From NCBI RefSeq assembly GCF_041920015.1, contig NZ_JAYRST010000002.1:18952-82951 (forward strand): a DNA stretch of 64,000 nucleotides, given 5' to 3'. The position numbers were made by a program, and so were the translations under genes. This document shows, in pieces, positions 46,870 to 56,629 of this stretch. The notes under the pieces were generated by a model. The model was not told where the DNA came from. It saw only the letters and a list, made by a program, of their open reading frames with translations, and searched no databases. This stretch comes from Phenylobacterium sp. Lineage in GTDB: Bacteria > Pseudomonadota > Alphaproteobacteria > Caulobacterales > Caulobacteraceae. Position 1 is the stretch's first letter; the number at the start of each line of letters is the position of its first letter.

Positions 46870-48222
46870 TTGGAAGCAAGAATTGATAAGGAGGACGCGG
46901 ATCTCCCCGCGTCCGAGCGTGGCGTTGTCGAACCGACCCTGGCGGAAAAGGAAGCCGCCTACGAGAAGTTCGTCTGGGACAATCTGAAGCGCAACTACAT
47001 CGGCAACTATCTGCACGGCATGCTCGGCATGACCGGCTTTCGCCTGATCAACGCGCCGACCTTCCTGCCCGCCTATCTGCACATGATTTCCGGGTCCAAT
47101 ACCATCGTGGGCCTGGGCCTGGCGCTGCAGCAGGTCGGCAGCGTGATCTCGCCGATCTTCGGCGCCACCCAGATCGAACACCGGACCAAGGTCATGCCCG
47201 CGGCCATCTGGATGGGGGGCCTCGCCCGCGTCCAGATCGTCGGCATGGCCCTGGCCGGATGGTTCATGTCGGACAAGCCGCTGGTCGTGGCCATGCTGGT
47301 CCTGATGTTCCTGTTCGGGCTGTTCATGGGCACCCAGCGGGTGGTCTTCGGCCTGCTGATGGCCAAGGTGATCCCGCTCAGCCGGCGCGGCCGCCTCCAG
47401 GCCTGGCGCAACGCCACAGGGGGGCTGATCGCCGCGATCCTCGCCTGGGCCGCCGGGAAATATCTCATCCAGGGCAATATCTTCGGCAACGGCTACGCCA
47501 CGACCTTCGCCCTGGCCGCCTTCCTGACCAGCATGGGCCTATGGGCGCTGCAGATCCTGCTCAAGGAGCCGGAGCCGCCCAACCTCCCGGCCCAGGCGAG
47601 GTTCCGCGACCGGGTGAAGGACTTCCCGCGCCTGATCATGTCGGACCGCGGCTACGCCTGGTTCCTGGTCGTGCAGATGGTGGCCACCGCCAGCCGGATC
47701 GCCACCCCGTTCTACATCATCTACGTCTCGTCCTCGATGCAGCTCGACGGCAAGACGCTGGGCCTGCTCAGCCTGGCCTTCCTGGGCGCCGACACGCTGT
47801 CGAACCTGCTCTGGGGCTATCTCGGGGACAAGACGGGCTTCCGGCTGGTGCTGGTCGCCTCGCTCGCGGCCTGGGTGGCGGCGACAGCGCTGCTGATGAT
47901 CAACCACCATCCCTGGGCGATCTTCCTGGCCTTCTTCGGCCTGGGCGGGGCGCAGTCCGGCTACATGATGGCGGCCCAGACCATGATCCTGGAGTTCGGC
48001 TCCCGGGCCGAGATGCCGATGCGCATCGCCATCTCCTCGACCGCCGAGGGCATCATGGCCTCGCTCGGCCCGCTGGTCGGCGGCTTCGTCGCCGACCATT
48101 ACGGTTTCGACGTGGTCTTCGGCGCCTCGATCGGCTTCCTGGTCGTCGGATTGATCATCCTGCTGACGGTGGTGAAGGAGCCGCGCAAGGCCCGGCTGGC
48201 GGCGGCGACGCTGGATCCGTGA
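46870..48222 (+). CDS. MFS transporter
   Basis: About 12 TMs; WGYLGDKTGFR loop motif; RRGR in a cytoplasmic loop. Confidence 0.88.
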   Translation: MEARIDKEDADLPASERGVVEPTLAEKEAAYEKFVWDNLKRNYIGNYLHGMLGMTGFRLINAPTFLPAYLHMISGSNTIVGLGLALQQVGSVISPIFGATQIEHRTKVMPAAIWMGGLARVQIVGMALAGWFMSDKPLVVAMLVLMFLFGLFMGTQRVVFGLLMAKVIPLSRRGRLQAWRNATGGLIAAILAWAAGKYLIQGNIFGNGYATTFALAAFLTSMGLWALQILLKEPEPPNLPAQARFRDRVKDFPRLIMSDRGYAWFLVVQMVATASRIATPFYIIYVSSSMQLDGKTLGLLSLAFLGADTLSNLLWGYLGDKTGFRLVLVASLAAWVAATALLMINHHPWAIFLAFFGLGGAQSGYMMAAQTMILEFGSRAEMPMRIAISSTAEGIMASLGPLVGGFVADHYGFDVVFGASIGFLVVGLIILLTVVKEPRKARLAAATLDP

Positions 48223-48223
48223 C

Positions 48224-48439
48224 ATGAGGCCCGAGAAGGAACCCGAGATCATCGACCTGGCCGCCCGCCGCAAGGCGGCCCAGGCCCAGGCCGCCGCCGA
48301 AAAGGCGGCCAGGGAGAAGGCCGCCCGGCTGGCGAAGTCGGGCGGCTCGATGCTGGGCGGGCGCAGGCACGCCGGACTGATCCTGGCGGCGGTGGCTCTG
48401 GGTCTTGCGGCGCTCTTCCTGCTGCCGCGCCTGCTCTGA
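48224..48439 (+). CDS. 71-aa tail-anchored hypothetical protein
   Basis: Starts 1 bp after the MFS stop; EIIDLAARRK, an Ala/Lys helix and a C-terminal TM. Confidence 0.65.
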   Translation: MRPEKEPEIIDLAARRKAAQAQAAAEKAAREKAARLAKSGGSMLGGRRHAGLILAAVALGLAALFLLPRLL

Positions 48440-48450
48440 AGCGACCGCCT

Positions 48451-49488
48451 CTAAGCCCCTGGACCTCGTCCGGTCGCCGCCTCCGCCGAGATCGGCGCAT
48501 TGGGCAGGGTGGGCGAGCCTGGAATGCGCGGCGCGCCGGAGGGCAAGGGCGCGGCAGGGTCGAGAATGAACGACAGCAGGTCGTCCCACACCACCGGCCC
48601 CTGGCGGTCGCGCGTCATCAGGTGCCAGCCCTTGGCGTAGAAGGCCGAGCGGTCGGTGGGCTTCAGGCGTTCCGCGGCCTCGAACGACGGCTCCTTGGGG
48701 ATGATCTGATCGTTGGCCCCATAGATATAGAGGACGGGAACCTCGATCTCACCGGTCGACCTCCAGGCGCTCTCCATCAGGCTGACGAGGCCATAGAGCG
48801 CATCGGACCGCGCGCCCCAGGTCATCAGCGGATCGCGCCCCATGGCGATCAGTTCCTCGATATTGTCGGTCGGCTTCACCCGCCTGGTCAGCCAGCGCGG
48901 CGGCTCGTAGACCTTGCCGGCCGTAAAATGCGCCGCCATCCACAGCATGGTCCGATAGGGCAGCGGCTGGTTCGACCAGCCCCAGACGGCCGGCGCCATC
49001 AGGATCAGGCGGTCGGCGGCCGGCGGCTGGTCCGAGGCGAACGCCTCGATCGCCACCGCCCCGCCCATGCTTTCGCCGGCCACGACCACCGGGACGCCCG
49101 GAAACAGCGCCCGCACAGCAGAGGTCAGGGTCCGCAGGTCCTGGACCATCAGGTCGTCGCCGCCCCACACGCCGCGGTGGGGCGAGCGGCCGAAGCCGCG
49201 CTGGTCGATAGCGAAGGTCGTCACGCCATGTTCGGCCCAGTAGGGCGCGGCCAGGTGGAAGGCGTTGGCGTAGTCGTTCATGCCGTGCAGGGCGACGACC
49301 ACCGCCCGCGGGGGGCTTTGGGCCTCCCAGCGGGTGAGGCCGAGCCGCGCGCCATCGAAGCTGACGAAGGCGTCGGCCTCCAGCCGCGGCCCCAAGAAGC
49401 CCGTCGGCGGCGCGCCCGCCTGCTGCACCATCAAGGGGGTGCAAGCGCCCAGCATCAAGGCGGCGGCTATGGCGGCGAGACGTCTCAC
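48451..49488 (-). CDS. Lysophospholipase/monoglyceride lipase-like alpha/beta hydrolase lipoprotein
   Basis: Lipobox LGAC; HGMNDY, DQRGFGRS, GESMGG, GANDQI and GWH motifs; GTGA overlap with the upstream gene. Confidence 0.87.
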   Translation of the reverse strand: MRRLAAIAAALMLGACTPLMVQQAGAPPTGFLGPRLEADAFVSFDGARLGLTRWEAQSPPRAVVVALHGMNDYANAFHLAAPYWAEHGVTTFAIDQRGFGRSPHRGVWGGDDLMVQDLRTLTSAVRALFPGVPVVVAGESMGGAVAIEAFASDQPPAADRLILMAPAVWGWSNQPLPYRTMLWMAAHFTAGKVYEPPRWLTRRVKPTDNIEELIAMGRDPLMTWGARSDALYGLVSLMESAWRSTGEIEVPVLYIYGANDQIIPKEPSFEAAERLKPTDRSAFYAKGWHLMTRDRQGPVVWDDLLSFILDPAAPLPSGAPRIPGSPTLPNAPISAEAATGRGPGA

Positions 49489-50069
49489 CCGCAGAGAATC
49501 TCCCGAACCCTCTGGCGAAGATAAGGCGTCACCTCGGCCTCGAACCACGGATTGCGCTTCAGCCAGCCGGTGTTGCGCCAGGAGGGATGCGGCAACGGCA
49601 GATAGTCCGGCGCATAGTCCCGCCAGGCGCGGACGGTCTCGGTCATGTTGGCCTTGGCCCTGTCGCCCAGCGCCCAGGCCTGGGCGTAGCCGCCGACCAG
49701 CAAGGTCAGTTCGACCTTGGGCAGATGCTCCAGCAGCGGCGCCCGCCAGAGCTTGGCGCAACGCGGCGGCGGCGGATAGTCGCCGCCCTTGGGGTTGGTG
49801 CCGGGAAAGCAGAAGGCCATGGCCGCCACCCCGATCTCCGGCCGGCCATAGAAGGTTTCGGAATCGACGCCCATCCACTGGCGCAGACGGTCGCCGGAAG
49901 CGTCCGTGAACGGCAGGCCGCTTTCGTGCACCCGCCGCCCTGGCGCCTGGCCGCAGATCAGCAACCGCACCTGCCGGCGCAGGAACACCACCGGCCGCGG
50001 CTCGTGCGGCAGCTCGCCGGCGCAGGCGCGGCAGGCGCGGATTTCGTCGAGGAGTTCGGGCAGGCCCAT
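49485..50069 (-). CDS. Uracil-DNA glycosylase superfamily protein
   Basis: CRAC, GQAPGRRVHESG.PF.DASGDRLR, FCFPG and LPHPSWRN motifs. Confidence 0.9.
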   Translation of the reverse strand: MGLPELLDEIRACRACAGELPHEPRPVVFLRRQVRLLICGQAPGRRVHESGLPFTDASGDRLRQWMGVDSETFYGRPEIGVAAMAFCFPGTNPKGGDYPPPPRCAKLWRAPLLEHLPKVELTLLVGGYAQAWALGDRAKANMTETVRAWRDYAPDYLPLPHPSWRNTGWLKRNPWFEAEVTPYLRQRVREILCG

Positions 50070-50085
50070 GCCCGCCGATATGGTC

Positions 50086-50376
50086 CTAAGCGTCGGGCGC
50101 GTCCACCGCCTGCGGCGCCGGAAGCTGGTCGCCCTCCATGGGCAGGCGCAGCCGATAGACGCCCTTGAACTTTTCCGGATCGGCAGGTTTCCCGTGCCGG
50201 GTGATGACGATCCTGCCCTGGCGCGCCAGGCCCCGCGCGGTGTTGCGCACATGACCGGTCAGGCGCCGCCAGTTCTCGTTGTCGGCGGCGCGCGCCACCT
50301 CCTCGGACGAGGCCGACTTGCCCGGCGCCAGCTTGCCCAGCACGTCCAGGATCACCGCTTCCATGTCGACGGCCAT
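50086..50376 (-). CDS. DUF3253-like small winged-helix protein
   Basis: GKSASSEEVARA..WRRL..VR..A..LARQGRIVITRHGKPADP..FKGVYRLRL. Confidence 0.8.
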   Translation of the reverse strand: MAVDMEAVILDVLGKLAPGKSASSEEVARAADNENWRRLTGHVRNTARGLARQGRIVITRHGKPADPEKFKGVYRLRLPMEGDQLPAPQAVDAPDA

Positions 50377-50378
50377 GC

Positions 50379-51527
50379 TCAGCCCCCGCGCTTGAGGGTT
50401 TCGCGGGCGATGACCACCTGCTGGATCTGGCTGGTGCCTTCGTAGATGCGGAAGATGCGCACGTCGCGATAGAGGCGCTCGATCCCATAGTCGGCGACAT
50501 AGCCGGCGCCGCCGAAGATCTGCACCGCGCGGTCGGCCACTCGGCCGACCATCTCCGAGGCGAAGTACTTGGCCGCAGCCGCCTCCATGGTGACGCTCTG
50601 GCCCGCGTCTCGCTTGCGGGCGGTCTCCATGGTCAGGGCCTTGGCGGCCAGGGCCTCGGTCTTGGAGTCGGCGATCATCCCCTGGACGAGCTGAAAGTTC
50701 GAGATCGTCTGGCCGAACTGCTTGCGCTCGGTCGCATAGGCCACGCAGTCGGCGATCAGCCGCTCGGCCACCCCGATGCAGACCGAGGAGATGTGCAGCC
50801 GGCCGCGGTCCAGCACCTGCATGGCGACCTTGAAGCCCTCCCCCTGGCCGCCCAGGCGGTTCTCGGCCGGCACGCGGACATTGTCGAACACCACGTCGCA
50901 GATGTGCGCGCCCTGCTGGCCCATCTTCTTCTCGGGCTTGCCGACCGACAGCCCCGGCAGGTTGCGCTCGACCAGGAAGGCGCTGACCCCGCCGCCGCCC
51001 GGCTTGCCGGGATCGGTGCGGGCCATCACCGTGAACAGGTCGGCCTTGTTGGCGTTGGTGATGAACCGCTTGGAGCCGTTCAGCACGTAATGGTCGCCGT
51101 CGCGCAGGGCGCGGGTCTGGACGTTGGCGCTGTCGGACCCCGCCTCCGGCTCGGTCAGGGCGAAGGAGGTGATGATCTCGCCCGAGGCGATGCCCGGCAG
51201 GTACTTCTCCTTCTGGGCCTCGGTTCCGAACATCACCAGGCCCTGGCTGCCGATGCCGACATTGGTGCCGAAGGCCGAGCGGAAGGCCGGGCTGGTGCGG
51301 CCAAGCTCCACGCCGACCAGGCACTCGTCCTCCATGGAAAGGTCCAGGCCCCCGAACTGCTCGGGAATCGAAAGGCCGAACAGGCCGAGGCCCTTCATCT
51401 CCTCGATCACCTCGCCGGGGATCGCATCGTTCTCGGCGACCTGCGCCTCCAGCGGGCGCAACCGTTCGCTGACGAACCGCCGGACGGTGTCGATGAGCTG
51501 TTCGCGGGTTTCGAGGTCCAGGGCCAT
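50379..51527 (-). CDS. Acyl-CoA dehydrogenase
   Basis: FALTEPEAGSD, LNGSKRFITN, RKQFG, VQIFGGAGY and IYEGTSQIQ motifs. Confidence 0.96.
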   Translation of the reverse strand: MALDLETREQLIDTVRRFVSERLRPLEAQVAENDAIPGEVIEEMKGLGLFGLSIPEQFGGLDLSMEDECLVGVELGRTSPAFRSAFGTNVGIGSQGLVMFGTEAQKEKYLPGIASGEIITSFALTEPEAGSDSANVQTRALRDGDHYVLNGSKRFITNANKADLFTVMARTDPGKPGGGGVSAFLVERNLPGLSVGKPEKKMGQQGAHICDVVFDNVRVPAENRLGGQGEGFKVAMQVLDRGRLHISSVCIGVAERLIADCVAYATERKQFGQTISNFQLVQGMIADSKTEALAAKALTMETARKRDAGQSVTMEAAAAKYFASEMVGRVADRAVQIFGGAGYVADYGIERLYRDVRIFRIYEGTSQIQQVVIARETLKRGG

Positions 51528-51540
51528 GGCGGTATCTCGG

Positions 51541-52065
51541 CTATTGGCAGACGTGCTGATCCGCCGGGGTCTCGGCGAACTTGGAGAGGGTGACGCTGAT
51601 AACTGGATCGGGCCAGACCTCATAGCCCACCGCCCCGGCGGGCACGGCGCAGATCGTGCTCGCCTTCTTCATCAGCTTGCCGCCGCGCAGGGCGGTGATC
51701 TCGGCCTCGTAGGCCAGCGGCCGGGTCAGGCCGTTCCAGACCTTGAGGATCGACTGGCGCTTCTCGACCGAGGCGTCCAGGGCGAAGGCGAGCCTGCCCG
51801 CGCCAGTCCCCTTGTAGGTTTCCTGGCCGTCCGGCGCGGCCATGCCGATGCGGCCGGCTTCGACCTCCACCAATTGCGGCTGGCCGGCGTCATCCAGGCC
51901 GATCGTCGCCCGCTGACCGGTCATCAGTTGCAGGCGACCTTCGGCGACCTTGGTCTCCGGATCCAGCCCGGCGGCCTTCAGCGCCTCCAGCGGAATCTGC
52001 GGCGCCTGGGCGACGGCCGCGCCGGCCAAGGCGAGGGCCGCCAGGGCGATCGCCGCCCGCCGCAC
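51541..52065 (-). CDS. Secreted hypothetical protein
   Basis: Signal peptide VRRAAIALAALALAGAAVAQA; STICAV...YEVWPDP; begins 2 bp after the thiolase stop. Confidence 0.7.
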   Translation of the reverse strand: MRRAAIALAALALAGAAVAQAPQIPLEALKAAGLDPETKVAEGRLQLMTGQRATIGLDDAGQPQLVEVEAGRIGMAAPDGQETYKGTGAGRLAFALDASVEKRQSILKVWNGLTRPLAYEAEITALRGGKLMKKASTICAVPAGAVGYEVWPDPVISVTLSKFAETPADQHVCQ

Positions 52066-52067
52066 GG

Positions 52068-53276
52068 TCAGGCCTTGGCCAGGGCCAGGGCCGAGCCTTG
52101 GCCGACGCCGACGCACATGGTCGCCAGGGCGCGCTCGCCGCCGGTCTGCTTCAGGGTGCGGGCCGCCGTCAGGGCGATGCGCGCGCCCGAGGCGCCCAGC
52201 GGGTGGCCGATGGCGATGGCCCCGCCATGGGCGTTCACATGGGCCGCATCGTCGGCCAGGCCCCAGGCGCGGGTGCAGGCCAGGGCCTGCGCGGCGAAAG
52301 CCTCGTTCAGCTCGATGACGTCGAAGTCGCCGACCTTGATCCCCAGGCGCGCGGTCAGCTTCTCGACCGCCGGCACCGGACCCACGCCCATGACCCGCGG
52401 GGCGACGCCGCCTGCCGCGCCCGCCTCGATCCGCGCCAGCGGCTCCAGGCCCAGCTTCTGCACCATGTCGGCGCTGGCCAGCAGCAGGGCCGCGGCCCCG
52501 TCGTTGACGCCCGAGGCGTTGCCGGCCGTCACCGTACCGCCTTCGCGCACGATGGGCTTCAGGGCCGAGAGCGCATCGAGGGTGGTGTCGGGGCGCGGAT
52601 GCTCGTCCTGGCTCACCACCGTCTCGCCCTTGCGGTCCTTGATGGTCACCGGCGTGATCTCGCCCTCGAAGAAGCCCTGGGCGCGGGCCGCGCCGACGCG
52701 GGCCTGGCTGCGCTGGGCGAAGGCGTCCTGGTCCTCGCGGTTGATCTGGTAGTCGGTGGCCACGTTCTCGGCCGTCTCGGGCATGGCGTCGACGCCATAG
52801 GCCTTCTTCAGCGCGGGGTTCACGAACCGCCAGCCGATGGTGGTGTCGTAGATTTCCGGGCTGCGCGAGAAGGCGGCGTCTGGCTTGGCCATCACGAAGG
52901 GCGAGCGGCTCATGCTCTCCACCCCGCCGGCCACGATCAGATCGGAATCGCCCGAGGCGATGGCCCGCGCCCCGGCGATCACCGCATCCAGGCCCGAAGC
53001 GCAAAGGCGGTTGACCGTCATGCCCGGTACGGTTTGCGGCATGCCCGCCAGCAACAGCGCCATGCGCGCCACATTGCGGTTGTCCTCGCCGGCCTGATTG
53101 ACGCAGCCGTAGATCACCTCGTCGACCCTCGCCCAGTCGAGCTTGGGATAGGCCGCCATCAGCGCCCGCAAGGGATAGGCGGCCAGATCGTCGGCCCGAA
53201 CCTTCGACAGGGCGCCGGCATAGCGGCCGATCGGCGTGCGCAGCCCGCCACAGAGATAGACAGTCCGGCCTTGCAT
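52068..53276 (-). CDS. pcaF: Thiolase, 3-oxoadipyl-CoA (PcaF/PaaJ) type
   Basis: [50 protein letters not shown] and MCVGVGQG motifs. Confidence 0.85.
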   Translation of the reverse strand: MQGRTVYLCGGLRTPIGRYAGALSKVRADDLAAYPLRALMAAYPKLDWARVDEVIYGCVNQAGEDNRNVARMALLLAGMPQTVPGMTVNRLCASGLDAVIAGARAIASGDSDLIVAGGVESMSRSPFVMAKPDAAFSRSPEIYDTTIGWRFVNPALKKAYGVDAMPETAENVATDYQINREDQDAFAQRSQARVGAARAQGFFEGEITPVTIKDRKGETVVSQDEHPRPDTTLDALSALKPIVREGGTVTAGNASGVNDGAAALLLASADMVQKLGLEPLARIEAGAAGGVAPRVMGVGPVPAVEKLTARLGIKVGDFDVIELNEAFAAQALACTRAWGLADDAAHVNAHGGAIAIGHPLGASGARIALTAARTLKQTGGERALATMCVGVGQGSALALAKA

Positions 53277-53366
53277 CCTATGTCCCCGCCGCCTAGTTCG
53301 CTTCGGGCTGCAAACTAGTGTTTGAGGGCGCAGCGGGCAAACCCTTCATAGGGGTCAGGGGACGGA

Positions 53367-53831
53367 ATGGACGGCGGCGAAGAACTCGAGATCGGCGGCT
53401 GGAAGCATCAGGTCGTCAAGGACGGCGAATGGGCCGGCTGGGTGCTCTACGGCAATGACCCGTTCGAAGACCACGCCGGGCCGTTCTATTATCGCGTCGA
53501 CGACAGCGGCCAACGCGTGTGCGCCATGCGCGCCGAGCGGCATCACATGAACGGCGGCGGCTTCATGCATGGCGGCGCCATCATGACCTTCGCCGACTAC
53601 TGCCTGTTCGTGATCGCCCGCGACGACCTGCAGGACAGCCGCAGCGTCACGGCCCAGTTCAACGGCGATTTCGTCGGCGCCGTCCCCGAGGGCGCGTTGG
53701 TCGAGTGCCGCGGCGAGGTGGTGAAGGCCGCCCGCAGCATGGTGTTCGTCCGCGGCCTCATCACCACCGGCGGCGAGCCGGTGATGAACTTCTCGGCCAT
53801 CATCAAGAAGACCCGGCCGCGGACCGCGTGA
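53367..53831 (+). CDS. PaaI-family hotdog thioesterase
   Basis: PFE..AGPFY and HMNGGGFMHGGAIMTFAD motifs. Confidence 0.9.
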   Translation: MDGGEELEIGGWKHQVVKDGEWAGWVLYGNDPFEDHAGPFYYRVDDSGQRVCAMRAERHHMNGGGFMHGGAIMTFADYCLFVIARDDLQDSRSVTAQFNGDFVGAVPEGALVECRGEVVKAARSMVFVRGLITTGGEPVMNFSAIIKKTRPRTA

Positions 53832-54079
53832 TGAAGAAGCTCGACGCTCAAACCGCCCGGCGGCTGGCGCCTTCGGCCATCATGGTCTTGGTCGCCGGGC
53901 CGGTGTTCCTGTTCATGGCCACCGACCTCGTGCTGTTCGCGGCGATCAGCAGCGCGCACAAGCCCACCGCCGCGACGCAGGTCGCCGATCTCTCCATGGA
54001 GATCGTGATGTGCATCTTCGCGGGCCTGCTGAGCGCCTTCGGCGCCCGGACGATCTGGCGGGCGCTGAAGGAAGATTAG
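53831..54079 (+). CDS. 82-aa two-TM hypothetical protein
   Basis: TGATG overlap with the thioesterase stop; two hydrophobic segments. Confidence 0.6.
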   Translation: MKKLDAQTARRLAPSAIMVLVAGPVFLFMATDLVLFAAISSAHKPTAATQVADLSMEIVMCIFAGLLSAFGARTIWRALKED

Positions 54080-54085
54080 CCGCGC

Positions 54086-54547
54086 TCAGGGCGCGATCTT
54101 CGCCTCGATCCGGCTGACGCCGTAGACGCTGCGCCAGGCCTTCCGGTCGCCGCCGGAGACCAACCGCCACGGCGCCTCCTTTGCGGCCAGGGGCGCGCCG
54201 TCCGCTTTGTCGGCCAGGATCACCACGTCGTCGTGGAAGTCGCGGTCGAGTTCGGCCAGCGAATAGACCGCCTTGAAGCCGTCCGCGCCCTGCACCACCA
54301 CGAAGGCCCGCAACGGCTCGCCGTGCAGCCTGGCGCCGACCGGCAGGCCGCCGGCGCGCAGCACATAGCTCAGCACCGGTCCTTCATAGGCCTTGGCGCC
54401 CATCTTCACCGTCTCGCGCGGCAGGCCGGCGAGATCGGCCTCGCCCAGCACCTTCACCGCCCCGCTGGGCGCGACCACGGTCAGGTCGGCCGCCCCCGCG
54501 ACGGCCGGCGCCGCCGCCAGCGCCAGGCCGAGCAGCAGCGCCCTCAC
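54086..54547 (-). CDS. Secreted protein with molybdopterin-oxidoreductase-like fold
   Basis: Signal peptide; YEGPVLS, GADGFKAVYSLAELD and PWRLV...RSV motifs; GTGA overlap with the GST gene. Confidence 0.7.
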   Translation of the reverse strand: MRALLLGLALAAAPAVAGAADLTVVAPSGAVKVLGEADLAGLPRETVKMGAKAYEGPVLSYVLRAGGLPVGARLHGEPLRAFVVVQGADGFKAVYSLAELDRDFHDDVVILADKADGAPLAAKEAPWRLVSGGDRKAWRSVYGVSRIEAKIAP

Positions 54548-55161
54548 ATGCCCGCCTTGGCCGCGGGACGAGCGCGCATCACGTCCGCCCAACGATGCAG
54601 GTTGGCCAGGTCCTCGGGGATCGGCAGCTTGATCATCCGGGTGAAGTCGATGCCGACGAAGGCGATGATGTCGGCGATGGTCAGGCGGTCGGCCGCCAGC
54701 CATTCGCTCTCGCCCAGGCGCCGGTCCAGCACCTTCAAGCCCTTCAGCCCCACCTCGCGGTTGTATTCGCCGACCTGGGGGTTGGGCGCCTCCAGCGCGG
54801 CCAGGGCCGGATGGGTGTGGCGCACCGCCATCATGAACGGATTGGCCACCAGCATTTCCGCCCGCCGCAGCCACATCTCGATCACGGCGGCCTCCTCCGG
54901 CGTGCGGCCGAACAGGTTGGGCTCGGGATAGCGGCTTTCCAGATACCGGCAGATGGCGACGGATTCGGTGATGGTCGTCCCGTCATCCATCTCCAACGCC
55001 GGCACGTTGGGCAGGGTGGTTCGCGACAGATAGCCGGGCTGCTTGTGCTCGCCCTGCAGCAGGTTGAGCTGGACGATCTCGATGTCGTCCACCCCCTTCT
55101 CGGCGAGGAACCAGCGGACACGCCGCGGATTGGGCGCATAGGCGGTGTCGTAGAGTCTCAT
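54544..55161 (-). CDS. Glutathione S-transferase
   Basis: APNPRRVR, VPALEMDDG..ITESVAICRYL and TIADI motifs. Confidence 0.93.
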   Translation of the reverse strand: MRLYDTAYAPNPRRVRWFLAEKGVDDIEIVQLNLLQGEHKQPGYLSRTTLPNVPALEMDDGTTITESVAICRYLESRYPEPNLFGRTPEEAAVIEMWLRRAEMLVANPFMMAVRHTHPALAALEAPNPQVGEYNREVGLKGLKVLDRRLGESEWLAADRLTIADIIAFVGIDFTRMIKLPIPEDLANLHRWADVMRARPAAKAGM

Positions 55162-55175
55162 CGCGGTTCTCCGGG

Positions 55176-56453
55176 CTATTGGCCGAACAGTTCCCGGGGC
55201 ATGGCGCCGACCAGCGCCCCGGTCATGCAGGTGGCGAGGAAGCCGGCGACCAGCGCCTTCCACACCATGCCGATGATCTCGTTGCGCCGCTCGGGCATCA
55301 AGACGCCCATGCCCGACACGGTTATCCCGACTGACCCCACGTTAGCGAAGCCGCAGAGCGCATAGGTCATGATCATCCGGGTGCGCTCGCTCATCTCCTC
55401 GACCGGCACCGCGCCGAGCTGGATGAAGGCGATGAACTCGGTCAGCATCAGCTTCACGCCCAGCAGGTAGCCGGCCTTCAGCGCCTCGTCCCAGTGGACG
55501 CCCATGGCCCAGGCCAGCGGCGCGAACACCACGCCCAGGATGCGCTCGACCGTCAGCGGCTCGCCCAGCACCGGCGGAAACACCGACAGAAGGCCGTTGC
55601 CGATCGCCACGAAGGCCACGAACACGATCAGGATCGCCGAGATGTTCAGCACCACGGTCAGGCCGTCCATCGTGCCCTTGCTGATGGCGTCGATAGAGCT
55701 GTCGTATTTCAGCAGCGAGCCGTAGTCGGCGTAGAAGCCGCCCTGGCCCGCCTTCTCCGGCACCATGATCCGGGCCAGCAGGATGCCGGCCGGAGCCGAG
55801 ATGATCGAGGCGACCAGCACGTGCGCCGCCGCGTTCGGCAGCACCGCCTTCAGGATCGTCGCATAGGCCACCATGGTCGAGCCGGCCACCGTCGCCAACC
55901 CGACCACGATCATCAGGAACAGCTCAGAACGGGTCAGCTTGTCGAGATAGGCGCGGATCACGATCGGGCTTTCGATCATGCCCAGGAAGATGTTGGCCGC
56001 CACCGCCAGGGCCGAGGCGCCGCCCAGCCCCATGGTCTTCTGGAACAGCAGGCCGAAGGCCCGGGTGATGAGCTTGAGTATCCCCCAATGCCAGAGCAGG
56101 GCCGACAGCGCCGAGATCACCAGGATCAGCGGCAGCACCTGGAAGGCGAATACGAAGAGCGCGCCGGTGTTGGTCACCTGATAGGGCTGGTCGCCGCCGC
56201 CCATGTAGCCGAACACGAACTGCGTGCCCTTGGCGGTCGCCGCCGCCAGGCCGTCGACGCCGTCGTTCACCGTCTGGATCAGCCCTTGGGCGCCCGGCAG
56301 ACCGAACAGCAACAGCACCAGCCCGATCTGCACGGCGATGGAGCCGAGGGCCAGCTTCCACGGAAAGGCCCTTTTGTTCTCCGATAGCGCCCAGCAGACG
56401 GCGACGACGAATCCTAGCCCCGCCAGGCTCTGGGCGTTTTCAGCTCGGAACAT
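55176..56453 (-). CDS. nupC: Concentrative nucleoside transporter (NupC/CNT family)
   Basis: GTQFVFG, FAFQVLP, ANIFLGMIESP, ATVAGS, TEFIAF and YALCGFAN motifs. Confidence 0.92.
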   Translation of the reverse strand: MFRAENAQSLAGLGFVVAVCWALSENKRAFPWKLALGSIAVQIGLVLLLFGLPGAQGLIQTVNDGVDGLAAATAKGTQFVFGYMGGGDQPYQVTNTGALFVFAFQVLPLILVISALSALLWHWGILKLITRAFGLLFQKTMGLGGASALAVAANIFLGMIESPIVIRAYLDKLTRSELFLMIVVGLATVAGSTMVAYATILKAVLPNAAAHVLVASIISAPAGILLARIMVPEKAGQGGFYADYGSLLKYDSSIDAISKGTMDGLTVVLNISAILIVFVAFVAIGNGLLSVFPPVLGEPLTVERILGVVFAPLAWAMGVHWDEALKAGYLLGVKLMLTEFIAFIQLGAVPVEEMSERTRMIMTYALCGFANVGSVGITVSGMGVLMPERRNEIIGMVWKALVAGFLATCMTGALVGAMPRELFGQ

Positions 56454-56594
56454 TCATGGCCCCCGGATCGCTCCCCAGCGACCCAAATCTACCCGCCGCG
56501 CGGATGCTTGCAGCGTCCTCGCCGCAATTGTCACGCCCGAGCCGGGCGAGGCAAGCGCCGCCGTCGCAGGCTTGACGATTCCGATTTGCCGCCT

Positions 56595-56616
56595 ATTTAG
56601 TTGTGTACAATTAAAT
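56595..56616. promoter_or_regulatory. OhrR operator overlapping the ohr promoter
   Basis: Inverted repeat ATTTAGTTGT-GT-ACAATTAAAT (9/10 arms) with an ACAATT core; TTGACG -35 at 56572-56577. Confidence 0.8.
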
Positions 56617-56629
56617 TTGGAGAAATCTA

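Noticed and set aside
48451-53004. Apparent fusion ORFs in the track (48451-49878, 50086-51324, 51541-53004, also 9425-10564 and 38304-39704)
   Set aside because: The N-terminal parts are off-frame or antisense overlaps with neighbouring genes; the true starts are internal (49488, 50376, 52065, 10153, 39165).
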